Shown: piece after piece, positions 20,665-32,700 of the stretch
How the letters are laid out: every line of letters starts with the position of its first letter
Position numbering within the stretch: the stretch's first letter is position 1
Source of the DNA: Candidatus Hodarchaeota archaeon
GTDB taxonomy: Archaea > Asgardarchaeota > Heimdallarchaeia > Hodarchaeales > Hodarchaeaceae
DNA length: 48,057 nt
Direction: 5' to 3'
Assembly (NCBI GenBank): GCA_016839815.1
Contig: JAEOTM010000172.1
Coordinates: 1 to 48,057, forward strand
The notes under the pieces: generated by a model
Told to the model about the DNA's origin: nothing
Seen by the model: only the letters and a program-made list of their open reading frames with translations
Database searches by the model: none
Program-made: the position numbers and the translations under genes

Positions 20665-21072
20665 TTATAGCCAACCGTATAACTTCAAGATAAATAATTC
20701 AAGATTGAGAGAAATTCTTTCAATTTTATTCGCAAGTTCTGTGTGAAAAGGGCAATAATCATCAGATACAGCCTGATGAGTAATTAAATCCCAGATTATC
20801 GGATAGTAGGTACATCCTTCAGGCCTAAATTGATAAATTGAACATAAACCTTTGTCATCTAGGAAGAAACACACTTCTTGATCATCAATTGTTTTATTCT
20901 TCAGCATTCGTTGATTATCTTCAGTCATAAATGAAAAGTTAGTGATAGGGATTCCTGTTGCTTTACTAATCTGTGTGCATTCAGTTTTTAGTACAAGCAT
21001 TTCGGTTTCTATACAGCAATGATGACATTGATTCTTAAGACAAATATCTCCCGAAATTTCTAGTTTATCCAT
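20665..21072 (-). CDS. YkgJ family (CxxCxxCC) Zn/Fe cluster protein
   Basis: 'CLKNQCHHCC', 'CFFL', 'CSIYQFRPEGCTYYP', 'YCP'. Confidence 0.9.
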   Translation of the reverse strand: MDKLEISGDICLKNQCHHCCIETEMLVLKTECTQISKATGIPITNFSFMTEDNQRMLKNKTIDDQEVCFFLDDKGLCSIYQFRPEGCTYYPIIWDLITHQAVSDDYCPFHTELANKIERISLNLELFILKLYGWL

Positions 21073-21106
21073 GGAAAATCCCGATATTCAGGAGAAATAA
21101 TTGGTG

Positions 21107-21868
21107 TTAAAAAAGAGGACGATTGTTAGATTTTTGGATGTAACTTTGGATACGGTCCATCAGACATTGATAATTTTCGTTGAGTGATTCAAACATATTT
21201 TCAACCTGGATTTTTAAGGCAAATTTTGCTCTGTTATCAATCTGAAGATTGTCAATGGTGTTAAAAATTTTAGAATTCTCATGGAGAACATTAAGCTCAT
21301 TGATATCTTTCTTGAATTCATCAATTTCTTCCTTAACTATTTTTTGTGAGTTACTCAACCATTCAAAATAGAGAAGCAGTTCACTATCGAGGGGTTCTGT
21401 GCCAAAACTTCTTTCTAAGTCAATTGCCCAGATTTTGTCTTCTACAATTAAATAATTTCCAGAATGTCGATCTGAAGCTCCAATCAAAGCTTCAAGAAGT
21501 AGGAGTCGCAGCACATCTCTTGAGGGGCATTTTTTAAGTAGAAGAGTACTACTATCTCTTAATTCAACACTTTCATCTAGCCACTCGTAAAGTAGTCCAA
21601 GTTGTGTTCCTTTTTGAGCTAGATGTGCCCTTGGAACGTTAACGTTTAATTTCGATGCTATGTGTGAGGCAATGTATTCACGCATAACTTGCGTATCAGT
21701 TGACCGTTTCCACAGCCATTGCTTGTCTGTAGTCTCATTACTATAGAGATATGAAGTATTCTTAAAATTAGCGCCTCTAAGCTTAATTGGTGAACGTGTT
21801 GTTAGAGCTACGTCTCCAAAATGAGAAAGAGAGTCGTTTATTAGAGTAGGAAATTCGGAAGTAGCCAT
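21107..21868 (-). CDS. Atypical kinase, PI3/PI4-kinase-like / HipA-like fold
   Basis: 'WLWK' (Lys), 'REYIAS' (helix C Glu), catalytic 'DRHSGN', metal-binding 'AIDLE'. Confidence 0.75.
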   Translation of the reverse strand: MATSEFPTLINDSLSHFGDVALTTRSPIKLRGANFKNTSYLYSNETTDKQWLWKRSTDTQVMREYIASHIASKLNVNVPRAHLAQKGTQLGLLYEWLDESVELRDSSTLLLKKCPSRDVLRLLLLEALIGASDRHSGNYLIVEDKIWAIDLERSFGTEPLDSELLLYFEWLSNSQKIVKEEIDEFKKDINELNVLHENSKIFNTIDNLQIDNRAKFALKIQVENMFESLNENYQCLMDRIQSYIQKSNNRPLF

Positions 21869-21964
21869 TTATATTCACCTGGAACACTACAAATAACCTC
21901 GTAGACGACGAGACCTAAATGTTCTTATGGGAGCGATTTTTTATACGATTTTTGAATATTGTCC

Positions 21965-22435
21965 TCATTCTTCGTCATTGGGGAGAGTATCTAGCTTCTG
22001 TAATTCTTGTTCAATTTCAGAAATGCTTTTCTTGAGATTTTCAAATCCTAGCATGAATCGCAAACCCAGTCCCATGACAAAGCTTGAGTATTGGATTTCT
22101 GAAAAACCATGGGAGGTTAATTCATACCCTAAGGCCATTTTGAGGAAACTTAGAGCTTGGCGTCCTTCCAGAGTATCTCTTTGGTTTAAGTGATCATACA
22201 AAATACTTCCGTAGTTGTATCCCCACATCTTTGAGATATCGTCAGAGCTTCCCCCAACCATAGAAATAGCTTCTTCTGCTTTTTGGTAGCTGTCATTTAG
22301 CTCATTTTTAATCGTTTTTGCAATAGATTCTGGGATCTTAAGCTGTTTTTTTAGATGAGAAATCCGGGTTTTAATTTTATCTAATTCTCCTTCATCAACG
22401 GACTGTAAACGATCATTAATTTTTCCAGGATTCAT
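21965..22435 (-). CDS. Hypothetical helical protein
   Basis: 156-aa ORF co-oriented with ppa and the kinase; coiled-coil-like ends. Confidence 0.6.
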   Translation of the reverse strand: MNPGKINDRLQSVDEGELDKIKTRISHLKKQLKIPESIAKTIKNELNDSYQKAEEAISMVGGSSDDISKMWGYNYGSILYDHLNQRDTLEGRQALSFLKMALGYELTSHGFSEIQYSSFVMGLGLRFMLGFENLKKSISEIEQELQKLDTLPNDEE

Positions 22436-22544
22436 AACTATTCTCCACCATGATATAAATCACTACTTTTCTTTTTGATTGTTACTAAAGAAAATCTCCG
22501 GAAAACTATGGAAGAATATTCCCTCACGAAGAATTTTTGTTTCC

Positions 22545-23072
22545 TTACTTTTGATTTAATAAGTCCGTGATGGAAGCTTCTATTATACGTAAAGCAGTAG
22601 ACTTATCATCCCAACCAACGATTGTTGTTGTTTTTCCTCTTTCCAAGTGTTTGTATGTATTGAAAAATTCCTCAATTTCCTTTAGTAAATGCTTTGGGAT
22701 GGTTTTTAATGATTGAATTTCTTCACTACGTGGATCATCAATTGGGATTGCCACAATTTTATCATCTTCTCCCTTCTCATCTTTCATTTTGAGTACAGCT
22801 ACTGGTCGTGCTGATACTATACATCCTGGTACAAGTTCAATACCTGCACTATGAACTACGAGCACATCAATAGGATCTCCATCATCACACAATGTTTGTG
22901 GAATATACCCATATGTTGCAGGATATACTACTGAGGAATGAAGTATTCTGTCCACAAAAATAGTGTTATATTCCTTATTAAACTCATATTTTACTTTGGA
23001 ACCCATTGGAATTTCGATTCTAACATAGATAGCTTCAGGTGGATTTGGGCCTGGAGGTATATTCTCTCTCAT
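22545..23072 (-). CDS. ppa: Soluble inorganic pyrophosphatase (family I)
   Basis: 'IEIP..S.VKYE', 'YGYIPQTLCDDGDPIDV', 'DEKGEDDK', 'FFNTYK.LE'. Confidence 0.96.
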   Translation of the reverse strand: MRENIPPGPNPPEAIYVRIEIPMGSKVKYEFNKEYNTIFVDRILHSSVVYPATYGYIPQTLCDDGDPIDVLVVHSAGIELVPGCIVSARPVAVLKMKDEKGEDDKIVAIPIDDPRSEEIQSLKTIPKHLLKEIEEFFNTYKHLERGKTTTIVGWDDKSTALRIIEASITDLLNQK

Positions 23073-23179
23073 CTTCTAACCTCTGTACACTATAGATTTT
23101 ATTTATCATTTTTTGTCTATCCTTATAAGTATCAGAGGAAATTTTAATTTCTCAATTCTCTAGAAATTTTTAATTTAAA

Positions 23180-26100
23180 CTACCCATCTTTACCAAATCG
23201 TCTTTGTAGATTTTTTAGGTATTTCTCAATTTGAGTAAGAGCTGAAACTTCTCCTATTTGTATTTTTAATTGGTGGTCATAAATTAATAATGCTCCGCCA
23301 GCGACTCCACCAAGTATAAGAACGATCAAGAAAATTAAGACGAATGGAAATTCACCACTTGCTTCATCTGATCTTCCTAATGCACCAATAGTGGTAGTAT
23401 GATCGAAGGTCCCGATAACTAATGATAAAATCTCGTTATGATCAGTTCGATCCGCTGGTACCCATTCATCTAATGATTCATCGAAGAAATATACTTCAAT
23501 ATTATAAATCGTTAATCCCTGTATAGCTAAGGTTTCCAGAAGATGTGCAACACTAAAACTGACTACGAGGACTTCTAAAGCGTCAGGATTATCTAGGACA
23601 ATATCGACATATAATCCGTACCCAAAATAATCACTCGCATTAGGATCCATTGACGTAGGAAGCGTAGTTAATCGCTGAATGGTTACATTTGTTTCTTCTG
23701 AGACACTGATTGATAAATTTACATCAGGCATCGAGATTTCCGTAGTTCCTACAGGCAATTGTCTCTTTATGATATTGAGAATTGTAAATGTAGTTTCTGA
23801 TCTGACTTCACCTGGTTTTCCAAGAGTTATACTACTGACTCTAACAAGGAATGCAGATCCATTTAGATTAGAAGTTGCGGTATCCCAGATATAGTAAGTC
23901 AAAGAGTAACTTTCGACCAACGATACCCATGAATATCCACCGTCTGGCGAGTACTGTAAATTATAAGTAAGATCTTCAGGGCTTGCCCAAGTTACATTGA
24001 TGTAAGCCCCAATAATTTCTCCTCCAGTTGGATATATCAAGGAAATATCTGCAGGAGCTAATACTATTATAGTTATTGATTCATACTGCACGTTTCCCGC
24101 CGTATCATTAGCATAGATCTTCAAAGTCCACTCACCCGTAATATTGGGTACCTCTACCCAAGGGATATCTGAACTAACAGGTGGAAAGGTTCCATGGGTG
24201 CCATTCCACGTATACCAAAATTGTTCATAATGAATATCAAATATTGAAAACGGCAGGGTTGTTCCTGCGCCTAGTTCTGACCCATCTTCTATTGCATCCC
24301 ATGATTCAATAATTGGAGGTGTATTGTCTATAGTGAAAACATACTTTTCCATTATCGATAATTGACTATTACTAACATAGATATTCAAAATATGAGATCC
24401 TTCTGTTAAGGGTAGAGGGATATCTGTATCAATGGAGACAGAAATATTAGTTGTATCGTCCCAATTGTAGATAAGAGTGCCATTACTGTTCTGAAAACTA
24501 AATTCAAGTTGCATCTCGGAGTTAATTATTGTTGAGTTCAGAGGAGAAATCAGATTAATTCCAGGTGGACCGATCAGACTCGTAAGGGGATAATTATCTT
24601 GAGCATTTGCTATTCCTGGAATTAAATGTGGACTATCTCCAATCCCATCTTCATCCTCATCTATTCCTTCATAAGTATCCCAGAAATTACCATAAGACCC
24701 ATTATCCCAACTATTTGTCGTTCCACTATCCCATCCATCATTATTCAGAAAAATATTCTTATATATGGTATTATTTTCTGTATCATCTGTACAATTTATT
24801 CCTACATAATTATTAGTTATCAGATTCTGACTAATTACGTTATCAATGCAATATTTCAGATAAATCCCTGTTTCAACATTTGAGGTAAGATTATTTTTTG
24901 AAATTGAGACATTGTGAGTTCTTCCCTCTTGGCCCCAAAGATATATTCCACGGTTATTATTATGAATATTGTTCTCAACCACGAGATTCGACTCTAGAGT
25001 TGAATCGATAAATCCTATTCCTACGTCACAATTATAAATATCTAGATGTGATAGAATATAATTTCCAATGCCAGGATTTATTTCCACACCATAATGGGTT
25101 TGATTCCAAATCGTTGTTGAGGAAAAATTACAGTTCCTCCCTTGATATGTAAAAATACCCGTATCTGTATTACTGATGCTACATAATTCGATTGTACTAT
25201 TTGTGGTATAATATAGATATACTCCATAGTCTGGGATGTTGTGTACTTCTGAATTAGTAATGGTTAGATGATCAACATTATCAGATCGAATACCTCTACT
25301 GTTAACAGCATAACAGTTTTGAACTGTACAATGATCTAAAGAAATTTCAGAACTATATTGTATGAATATACCCGTATAGGTAATGTTCTCCATCTCAGAG
25401 TTACTGATTGACACATTATGGCTGTAACGTACATATAATCCTTGTTCTTGAGTTCCAAAAATCGAAAGTGTGTCGATCGTGGAGTCATTTATATTATCAC
25501 CATAAATCCCATGAGTTGCTGATCCATTAAGTACACAATTTTTCAAATTCGAATTTTGTATTGTGTCCATATAGATACTTGGAGTTCCATTGTATATAGT
25601 ACAATTCACGATGGCTATATTTGATACAAAATTTAGATTGATCGCAGTAACAAGAAATGCTGCATCAAAGAAGCAGCTTTCAATTATAATATGTTTATCG
25701 ATATTCGCAATATCAATCAAGGGAGTCTCCATTGCGAACGAAAAGTTAATATTTCGTATCAAATAAGGATTAACTTTTGTTCCATTCCCGAGAAATCCTT
25801 TATTAAACATATGCATATCTAATTGACCATTGCTCATCATAATTAGCTCATTAACATTCCAGTGTTGTTTATGGACTCTTGGAGCATAATCAAGTACGGC
25901 TCCATCTCCTGGAACAGAATATACCAATTGATAAATGCCACCATCAGATCCCCCACTGTGTGTATCCCACCAATTGTAATAGAAATAGTTTTCATCGTTA
26001 TCATTATAGGCATTAATACCCCCAGTATTATTATTTTCGAAGATGTTGAGTGATATCCTATTATGATTTCCAATACTATCTAAAAATAACCCAATGGTTG

Positions 26101-26629
26101 TGGCGTTCTGGAAGATGTTACCTTTAACGATACCATTGGACACATTATAAAAAGTTGTAAGATTAGCAGCATTTTCAAAGATACAATTCTGAATAACAAA
26201 CTCTAAAGTAGTGTCTTGGATTAGCAGACGAGTTGAAGGAGTATTCTGTGAAAAATTGTAATTCTCAATAATAATCGGATCAAATGCATTCCCAGTTCCC
26301 TTCCATCCCATAGTAGTGGCTGTTGTTCTGAACTCAGTGTTAGACGTGATTGAGAGACTATCAATAAGTTCATTGTTCGATTGATTCGGAGGACCTGAAT
26401 AAACATTCTTAGAAAAGACCACTCTGTTATCAAAAACAGAATCCGAGGTATCAGTGAAAAGAGGAACAGTATTATCCGCATTTTGCGGAGTACTCAGTGG
26501 ATTAAGACTAGTATCTTGAGAATTGAGAAAATTTAAGTGTATACTTGAGATGCTAGCTATTTGGAGTAAAAAAATCAGTAACACGCATATTTTAGGGAAA
26601 TTTTTTGAGATTTTATTGTAATTATTCAT
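23180..26629 (-). CDS. Single-pass surface protein: beta-helix repeats, Ig-like domains, juxtamembrane H-T-T domain, TM, cytoplasmic tail
   Basis: Signal peptide, NosD-like repeats, 'GNFWDTYEGIDEDEDGIGD'; C-terminal ~460 aa paralogous to 26757-33092. Confidence 0.85.
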   Translation of the reverse strand: MNNYNKISKNFPKICVLLIFLLQIASISSIHLNFLNSQDTSLNPLSTPQNADNTVPLFTDTSDSVFDNRVVFSKNVYSGPPNQSNNELIDSLSITSNTEFRTTATTMGWKGTGNAFDPIIIENYNFSQNTPSTRLLIQDTTLEFVIQNCIFENAANLTTFYNVSNGIVKGNIFQNATTIGLFLDSIGNHNRISLNIFENNNTGGINAYNDNDENYFYYNWWDTHSGGSDGGIYQLVYSVPGDGAVLDYAPRVHKQHWNVNELIMMSNGQLDMHMFNKGFLGNGTKVNPYLIRNINFSFAMETPLIDIANIDKHIIIESCFFDAAFLVTAINLNFVSNIAIVNCTIYNGTPSIYMDTIQNSNLKNCVLNGSATHGIYGDNINDSTIDTLSIFGTQEQGLYVRYSHNVSISNSEMENITYTGIFIQYSSEISLDHCTVQNCYAVNSRGIRSDNVDHLTITNSEVHNIPDYGVYLYYTTNSTIELCSISNTDTGIFTYQGRNCNFSSTTIWNQTHYGVEINPGIGNYILSHLDIYNCDVGIGFIDSTLESNLVVENNIHNNNRGIYLWGQEGRTHNVSISKNNLTSNVETGIYLKYCIDNVISQNLITNNYVGINCTDDTENNTIYKNIFLNNDGWDSGTTNSWDNGSYGNFWDTYEGIDEDEDGIGDSPHLIPGIANAQDNYPLTSLIGPPGINLISPLNSTIINSEMQLEFSFQNSNGTLIYNWDDTTNISVSIDTDIPLPLTEGSHILNIYVSNSQLSIMEKYVFTIDNTPPIIESWDAIEDGSELGAGTTLPFSIFDIHYEQFWYTWNGTHGTFPPVSSDIPWVEVPNITGEWTLKIYANDTAGNVQYESITIIVLAPADISLIYPTGGEIIGAYINVTWASPEDLTYNLQYSPDGGYSWVSLVESYSLTYYIWDTATSNLNGSAFLVRVSSITLGKPGEVRSETTFTILNIIKRQLPVGTTEISMPDVNLSISVSEETNVTIQRLTTLPTSMDPNASDYFGYGLYVDIVLDNPDALEVLVVSFSVAHLLETLAIQGLTIYNIEVYFFDESLDEWVPADRTDHNEILSLVIGTFDHTTTIGALGRSDEASGEFPFVLIFLIVLILGGVAGGALLIYDHQLKIQIGEVSALTQIEKYLKNLQRRFGKDG

Positions 26630-26756
26630 TTACTATTCCTTCTCTCTAAGGGTACTCTTTCATTGTTTTAAAAATTGAAAAGAGATATGAAGCGAGATTT
26701 ATAAAATGGCCTGTAATCAAATACCGCTAAACCAGAATAAGGGAAGATATTCTGGG

Positions 26757-29700
26757 TTATCCATCGTTTCCAAATTTCTTCCGTGCACTACTGTAGGATT
26801 CAGCTAAGAACTTTTGAATCTGTGAAAGAAGAGATTGAGTACCAGATAAAGCATGTTGTTGGTGGTCAAAAAGAAGTAAAGCGCCACCAACAGTACCACC
26901 GAGTACAAGCACGATAAGAAAGATCAAGAAAAACGGAAAATTTCCACTTAATTTTTCGTTTGAACGACCTAATGCCCCTATTGTAGTTGTATGGTTAAAT
27001 GTTCCAATAACGACATTTAATGTTTCATTATATTCAGTAACATCTGCGGGTTCCCAATTATGGGAGGTCTCATTATAGAAATAGACCTTGATATCCTTAA
27101 TTGTTAGACCTTGAGCCGCAAACGTATCGAGAAGAAGTTCTACATTAAAACTGATGATTAAAACTTCAAGTGCTTCTTGATCACCAAGGACTATGTCCAC
27201 AAATAAGCCATATGAGAAGAAATTACTTGCATTGGGATTCATTGTCATGGGTACTTCAGTTAATCTTCGTATGGTAACGTTGGTTGGACTAGAAACAGTA
27301 ATCGTAATATTTATATCAGGCATCTCAATCTCAGAACTTCCAACTGGGAGCTCTCTAGTAATGATGTTTAGAAGTGTAAAAACTGATTCAGATCGTGCTT
27401 CTCCAGGTTTTCCAATCGTAGTACTGAGAATTCGTATCAAGAATGAAGAACCATTCAATGAATCTCTTGCTGTATCCCACAGATAAAAGGTGGAAGAAAG
27501 GTCTTCTCCAATTTTTAACCATGAAAAACCTGCATCAGGTGAATAGAAGAGATCAACAGATAATGTTTCAGGAGTTGACCAGCTAATATTCACATATCCA
27601 CCAATAACTTCCCCACCGTTTGGATAAATCAGGGTTAAAGACGTTGAGCTGAGTACTTCAATGGTTATTGATTCTTCTCTCGTATTTCCAGCTTGATCAC
27701 TTGCATATAAATTGAGTGTCCATGTCCCAGTTACTATTGGGGCCTCTACCCAAGGAATGTCAGTTATTACGGTCTCAGTTCTTCCCTCGCTGTTATTCCA
27801 ATAGTAGCTGAATTCTTCAAAGTGAAGTTCTGCTATTGAAAATGGAATTGACGTTCCAGCTCCAACTTCTGATCCATCAGCTAAATCATCATAAGATTCA
27901 ATAGCTGGTGGAGTATCATCAACAGTAAAATGGTATTCTCGTCTAATTGTTGTCCCTCCAACATCAGTTAGAAAAACTTCCAAGCTGTGAAGCCCTTCTG
28001 TAGTAGGAAGTATTGGTGAAAAATGCTCTGGATCCCAAATTATATCATATATTGAACGAGTGATATTGCTTTCTTCATCCCAGTTATAATTTAACGTGAT
28101 TCCCCCCGAAAGAGCTATATCTATCCATGCATTAGACTGGAGGATGGAATTATTTAAGGGGAAGGTCAAAAGTAAGGATAATGGAAGGATAGTAAATGTA
28201 CTATCGCTAACTCGTTCAAAACCATGACTATCTCTGATATAGACCTGTAAAATATAAGTCCCAGAAGTTAATCCAATTTCTGACTTCCAATAGCTTCCAT
28301 TCCATGAAAGGTCATAATTATCTGACCAGGAGCTGTAATAGAGTTGATACCAAGAAGTTACCACTTCTGTACTATTTTGGACTACTATTGAAATAACGGG
28401 TGAAAGGTAATCTGTGGATATCGGATTGATAATTTCTGGTGCATTTATGGCTGGAGTAACTAGAATCAATACAATATCATATTGTTCATAGCCAGAAGTA
28501 TCATTAGCAAAAAGTACTACATAATGCTCTCCTAAAGGTAAATTATCAATAGAAACTATTACTAATGTTCCATTTACCCATGTTGTAGTATTTACAAGGA
28601 ATGTAACGCCGTCTAATATAACATTATAGAATGCTGGATTAGTATCTGTTAAAACCCAAGAAATAACATTGCCTGTTAAATTTTCTGGGTAAATAATATC
28701 TGATGGATGCGTTACTGCAGGTACTTCTGACCCTAATGCGAGAGTAGCACCGCCTATAATGATTAAATTTTCAAAAATTATGCTGGTCGATTCTGTTAAT
28801 ACTATCTTATATAATCCTGGTGCAAGTATAAAATGGACTTTACCCGCCGCATCAGTCCATGCATAGGTATACCTTACACCTGTATTCTGATCAAAAACTT
28901 CTATAAATGTGTTTTGTAGTGGTTCTCCGCCTACACCAGTACTATAAACTGTTAATTCTCCCCATAAAATGGTTATATCGAATATATCCCCTCCACGTAA
29001 CCATGTATCTAATACCCAGTAATCATTATGCTCTCTGGCACGAATATTATAGAAATCTTCTGATAGGACAATATTAAGCTGGCCCAAATCGTTAGTGTTT
29101 CCCGAATAGACTATTGCACCCGTTGATTCCCTATAGACAGTAATATCGGTTCGTAATCCTTTGAAAGCATTACCTTGGGACGTAATCTGGAAAGTACCAG
29201 TCCGATCGCTAACTACTAACATGAAGAAGCGACTGCCACCACGTCCATCAACTAGGGTAATATTGATTTGATAGAGCTCACTTGAACTTGGAGAAAAATA
29301 CTCAATTCGGTATGACCAGCGTTCTTTTTGAATCCATCCTATTTCAGGCTGTCCAAGACTACCAGTAGATGTAACCATAAGTACATCCATTGTATCATAG
29401 TCGTAATCTATATCCGTTGCTTGGATTAGAATAAAAGTGGAGCTACTTGGACCTATTCTTGTTGGACTTGATGTCACAGAATATATTGAGGGATAGTTAT
29501 TTATGGAAGGTCCAAATTCAATGGATACTTTTGCAGATGCTGCTAGAGTTACATTCGTAATCGAATGTGTGGAATTTGTCACCCGATAATATCCCTCCGT
29601 TAGATAGAAGAAACAGACTCCATCTGAACCTGTCCCTCTACCCACAATGTATGTATCTGTTGTGGCATTATGTACACTAATTGTTAAGGAATAAGGATTA

Positions 29701-32700
29701 CCTTGGATATCAGTTTGTGATGCTCGAATTACACCGAATCGTCCCTCTACATTAGTTATTTCACTCGCAATTGCAATTACATCCAAATATGCAATATTAT
29801 CTGCATGAATTCGTACCTGATAATCTGTTCCTGGAGCAGTATAGACAGTATTTTGACCTGTTGAAATTGGTGCCCAATCATATGTGTATCGGGTATTCGT
29901 AGTTGAATTATAGATTTCCCAGAACGAATCCAAAGGCATATTCATGACAGATCTTGTAGTTATGTTCAACTCAGCCCATTCAAATGTTAAATGAACATTA
30001 GAATCATTAGTAATTGTAGTATTCTTATAAAAAAGATAATTAACCTCTTCCCCACGAATATCATAAGTATCTGGGCGTAAATCGAACCGTATGTGTCCTA
30101 AGCCAGTCAACACCGTATTCCCTGAACTTTGTTCCGTTACTGTTCCTGCTGGGTATATTCTAATATATGTGCTAATAAGAGTGTGATTTCCACCTGTTGA
30201 ATTTACAAATAAGGCCCCAAATTTGAATGTATAATCAAATGGTACATCACCCAAAATCATTACATTTGATTGCATTACATTCGCTGCGTGAGCTCTCAAA
30301 TAGTAGAATGATTCTGGAACACTGGGAAAGACCACATATCCACTTCCGTCTGTCCAGCCATAACTTAATCGGCCACCTGTTGTCCAATCATAGATTTCCA
30401 GAAAATTATTTACTAATGGACTATTTTGAAAATCAGTTACGTTTACACTGACTGGTGCTGACCGTGCTGATAAAGAACGGGTTATATTGTCATGGCCACC
30501 ATGTGGATCCACAACCGATATGTTTAAATAATAGAATCCTATAGTGGCTGGAGCTACATAAGTTACAATATTACCTGAACCAATAACCGATCCCATGGAT
30601 GGTGTATATACATATGTTAAGATGTCTAATGGATCAGGATCAACTGCAGTAATTGTAATTGTCGAATTTTCAGAGGGAAGTACAACAAAAGGATTTGCAT
30701 TGTATCCAGTAATAGTTGGTTCATGATTAAGAAATTGACCAACATTTTGACCTGCGTTTGGTAGGATCGTGATGGGTTCATAAATATAAGAAAAAGTAGT
30801 ATTATGATCAACCTGAATTGTATAATTAGTATATGGTGCAACAATTAGGATAACGAATCCAGATGTACTAGTCCAATCATAAAAATTGCGGATTCCCGTT
30901 GTTCTATTAAAAACTTGGACAAATTTTGATTGGGGATTTCCATTATCATCTAAATAGTAAACAGCGATTACACTAAACTTAAATTCGGAAAATGATTCTT
31001 GATGCTCAAATACTGATACATTGGGTTTCCAGATGGAGTTTCTTTCGATTGCTTGAAGTTTATATACCCCTTGTGCTACATAAAAGGTTGTATAGCCATT
31101 ACCAGAGGTTGTAGTTGTCAATGTATTATAATTTTCATTTGTTGTCTGATTATAGATAGTGATTTGCGTGTCTATTAACTCTCCATTCAAACCAGTTGAA
31201 TTAACATGTAAGAGACCCCATTTGAAGTTATAGGAATAATTAAAATCAGGATCAAGGTGGAAAATCGATGAGAACTGTTGATTATGTTCTAATGCTCTTA
31301 TCTGGTACTCATCTTCCCATATATCAGGAAAGATGACCCACCCGTTTGTATCAGCCCAATTATACGTTGTTCGAGACCCAGTATTCATATTGTATAATTC
31401 TATAAAAGTATTCGACTTTCCTATCCCTCCTAGTTGCGTACTGTTGATGTAAACAGTTCCCTGTCTATTTGAAACATAGATTCGATAAGAAAAGTTACCA
31501 TTCATATTATCCGTAACAAATATATCAATATACATAGTTTGAAGGGAACTAGGCGCAGTATACGTCACAGTGGATTGATATTGCATTTCTTGTACAAACC
31601 TATTTTTTTCATCTACACCAGATATTGAACCAACATTCGGAGTCCAAGTAAAGGTTAAATTTTTGTAATCGTAGTTAACATCAGATACTCTAACCGAGAT
31701 ATTTGTCTGTTCATTTGCATTTATTCTTGCAGGAGATGCAAACACAGACAGTCTAGAAGGTGCTGTATTTTTCTGAGGATTAACCAGTGTTCTATTTCCT
31801 TGATGAATTGTAACTGGAAAATTCTGACTTGAATAATGAATGTTGTATGATCCTGGTTCTAAAGTAAAAACTACATGATGAGTGCCGGTATTGATCCAAT
31901 CATAGGTAATACGGGATGTACCTGCTGCATTATATAGCTCAACAAAGGTATTTGAAGTATTGTCTTGATATACAATCAAAACACCCCATTTACTAGTAAT
32001 ATTTGTCTGAACATTTGCCGTAACTACAATAGTCTCGCGAATTATAGTATTAGATTCTGTAATTTCAACTGTATAGACATCTGGAGCTAGATCCCAAGAT
32101 CTTTTGCCAGTGATAGTATCAGTTGTCCCAGAAGCAACTGAAACACCACTTGTATAATTCCTAATATTCACACTTGTTGTTAAAGGCATATCAAAGAATC
32201 CATTCGATTGAACCTCTATACTTCCAAACTTTCCTTGAATTGAGCCAAAAATAAAATGAGCTATAGATAAATCTCCAGCTAATACTATTACTGAAGGTTT
32301 AGATTGACCATACCCAAAGAAAGAGATTACATCATAGGTACGTGGAGCGACAATAAACGTTTTATTACCTGATGATCCACTACTTAATCCGATTGCATCA
32401 ATGGTTCCATCAATGGAATTTCTTATCTCTATTGTTGCATCCACTGGATTTCCAATATCATCCTCTGTAGTAACTCTAAGCCAACCAAAATCTGCTGTAA
32501 CAATAGTTGTAGCTGCACTATTGATTTCAATATCAAGAGTGAAATTTGTAGTCTGTTGGACAGTAACGGTATAATTTCCAATAGGTAGGATATCAACTGT
32601 ATAGTTACCAGAGGAATTACTAATTCCAGAAGTAACAAGAAAATTTGATGTATTTCTAACTTCAATTGGAGCTCCTTGTATTACTGTTTCCCCAACTTGC

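Noticed and set aside
15414-26629. NosD-like proteins as nitrous oxide reductase accessory genes
   Set aside because: No nosZ, nosF or nosY; the beta-helix repeats are generic in archaeal surface proteins
23180-28190. Duplicated region as a diversity-generating retroelement TR/VR pair
   Set aside because: Differences are not adenine-specific, both copies are long coding regions, and no reverse transcriptase is present
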